Shown: positions 13,688 through 14,002 of the stretch, piece by piece
Layout of the letters: each line of letters begins with the position of its first letter
Numbering within the stretch: position 1 is the first letter of the stretch
Source of the DNA: a virus
Taxonomy: Duplodnaviria > Heunggongvirae > Uroviricota > Caudoviricetes
Length of the DNA: 14,002 bases
IMG/VR virus record: IMGVR_UViG_3300029828_000052
Span: 1 to 14,002 of that record
Strand: one strand, 5' to 3'
Notes under the pieces: generated by a model
The model's input: the letters and a program-made list of their open reading frames with translations, nothing else
The model's database searches: none
Told to the model about the DNA's origin: nothing
Program-made: the position numbers and the translations under genes

Positions 13688-14002
13688 ATGCTCATAGATT
13701 TGGTTTTACCTTACCCGCCGACGGTGAACACTTACTGGCGACGCCGTGGCAGCACATATTTTATCTCGGAGGAGGGAAAGCGTTATCGCCGGGCTGTGGT
13801 GCTTATTGTTCGCCAGCAGCGGCTGAAATTAAGCCTGTCCGGAAGGCTGGCGATAAAGGTGATTGCAGAGCCACCGGATAAGCGCCGCCGCGACCTGGAC
13901 AATATCCTGAAGGCACCACTGGATGCGCTGACGCATGCCGGACTACTTATAGACGACGAGCAGTTTGATGAAATCAATATTGTGCGCGGTCAGGTCGTTC
14001 CT
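13688..14002 (+). CDS. rusA: Holliday junction resolvase RusA, 3'-truncated by window edge
   Basis: My own translation from ATG 13688 (AAGAGG SD): MLIDLVLPYPPTVNTYWRRRG...PDKRRRDLDNILKAPLDALTHAG, matching the RusA signature (PDRRRRDLDN..K...DAL); open to the window end. Confidence 0.9.
   Translation, partial: MLIDLVLPYPPTVNTYWRRRGSTYFISEEGKRYRRAVVLIVRQQRLKLSLSGRLAIKVIAEPPDKRRRDLDNILKAPLDALTHAGLLIDDEQFDEINIVRGQVVP

Larger units (their letters stand above)
1..14002. mobile_element. Internal segment of a lambdoid (Qin/Rac-like) prophage: early-left operon, immunity region, replication module, nin-like region up to rusA
   Basis: Gene order and content: recE-like, dicB operon, dicA-like repressor divergent from cro-like gene, O/P-like replication genes, Ea22-like genes, hok, DUF968, rusA. 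No integrase or att site lies in the window. Confidence 0.85.

Noticed and set aside
12364-13977. ORFs 12364..12750(-), 12846..13061(+), 13068..13331(-), 13086..13271(+), 13214..13531(-), 13681..13881(+), 13783..13977(-)
   Set aside because: Alternative frames or antisense to the DUF968 and rusA genes; the GTG at 13681 is out of frame with the RusA-like translation that begins at ATG 13688.
1-14002. tRNA, rRNA, CRISPR array, IS element, integrase or att site
   Set aside because: I saw no cloverleaf-compatible tRNA candidate, no regularly spaced repeat-spacer array, no transposase-like ORF with terminal inverted repeats and no integrase; this was a scan by eye, not a computed search.

Overview
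This window reads as an internal segment of a mosaic lambdoid (Qin/Rac-like) enterobacterial prophage, centred on a DicA-type immunity region. Left arm, minus strand (1-4877): a 3'-truncated RecE-like exonuclease gene (1-2340) and a dicB-type early-left operon (ydfA/ydfB/ydfC-like small genes, a DicF-like sRNA, dicB, a ydfD-like gene). Relative to my recollection of the Qin layout, this operon carries about 1.1 kb of extra DNA between the ydfC-like gene and DicF: a 212-aa hypothetical gene, a convergent 69-aa ORF and a structured GC-rich spacer. This is my best candidate for an undescribed accessory system. Immunity core (4766-5362): DicA-like repressor flanked by palindromic TTGAG-N4-CTCAA operators, divergent from a Cro/DicC-like gene. 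Right arm, plus strand (5363-14002): YdaT/CII-like protein, an O-like replication initiator with iteron-like repeats inside its linker, a lambda P-like helicase loader, two tandem Ea22-like paralogs, a tightly coupled cluster of small acidic/basic ORFs plus a PD-(D/E)XK-motif protein, a gene split by a perfect 38-bp tandem duplication, a hok/mok type I toxin locus, a DUF968 (YdfU-like) protein and the start of rusA. No tRNA, rRNA, CRISPR array or IS element was recognised. All family assignments come from reading the translations and from recalled family knowledge; no searches were run.
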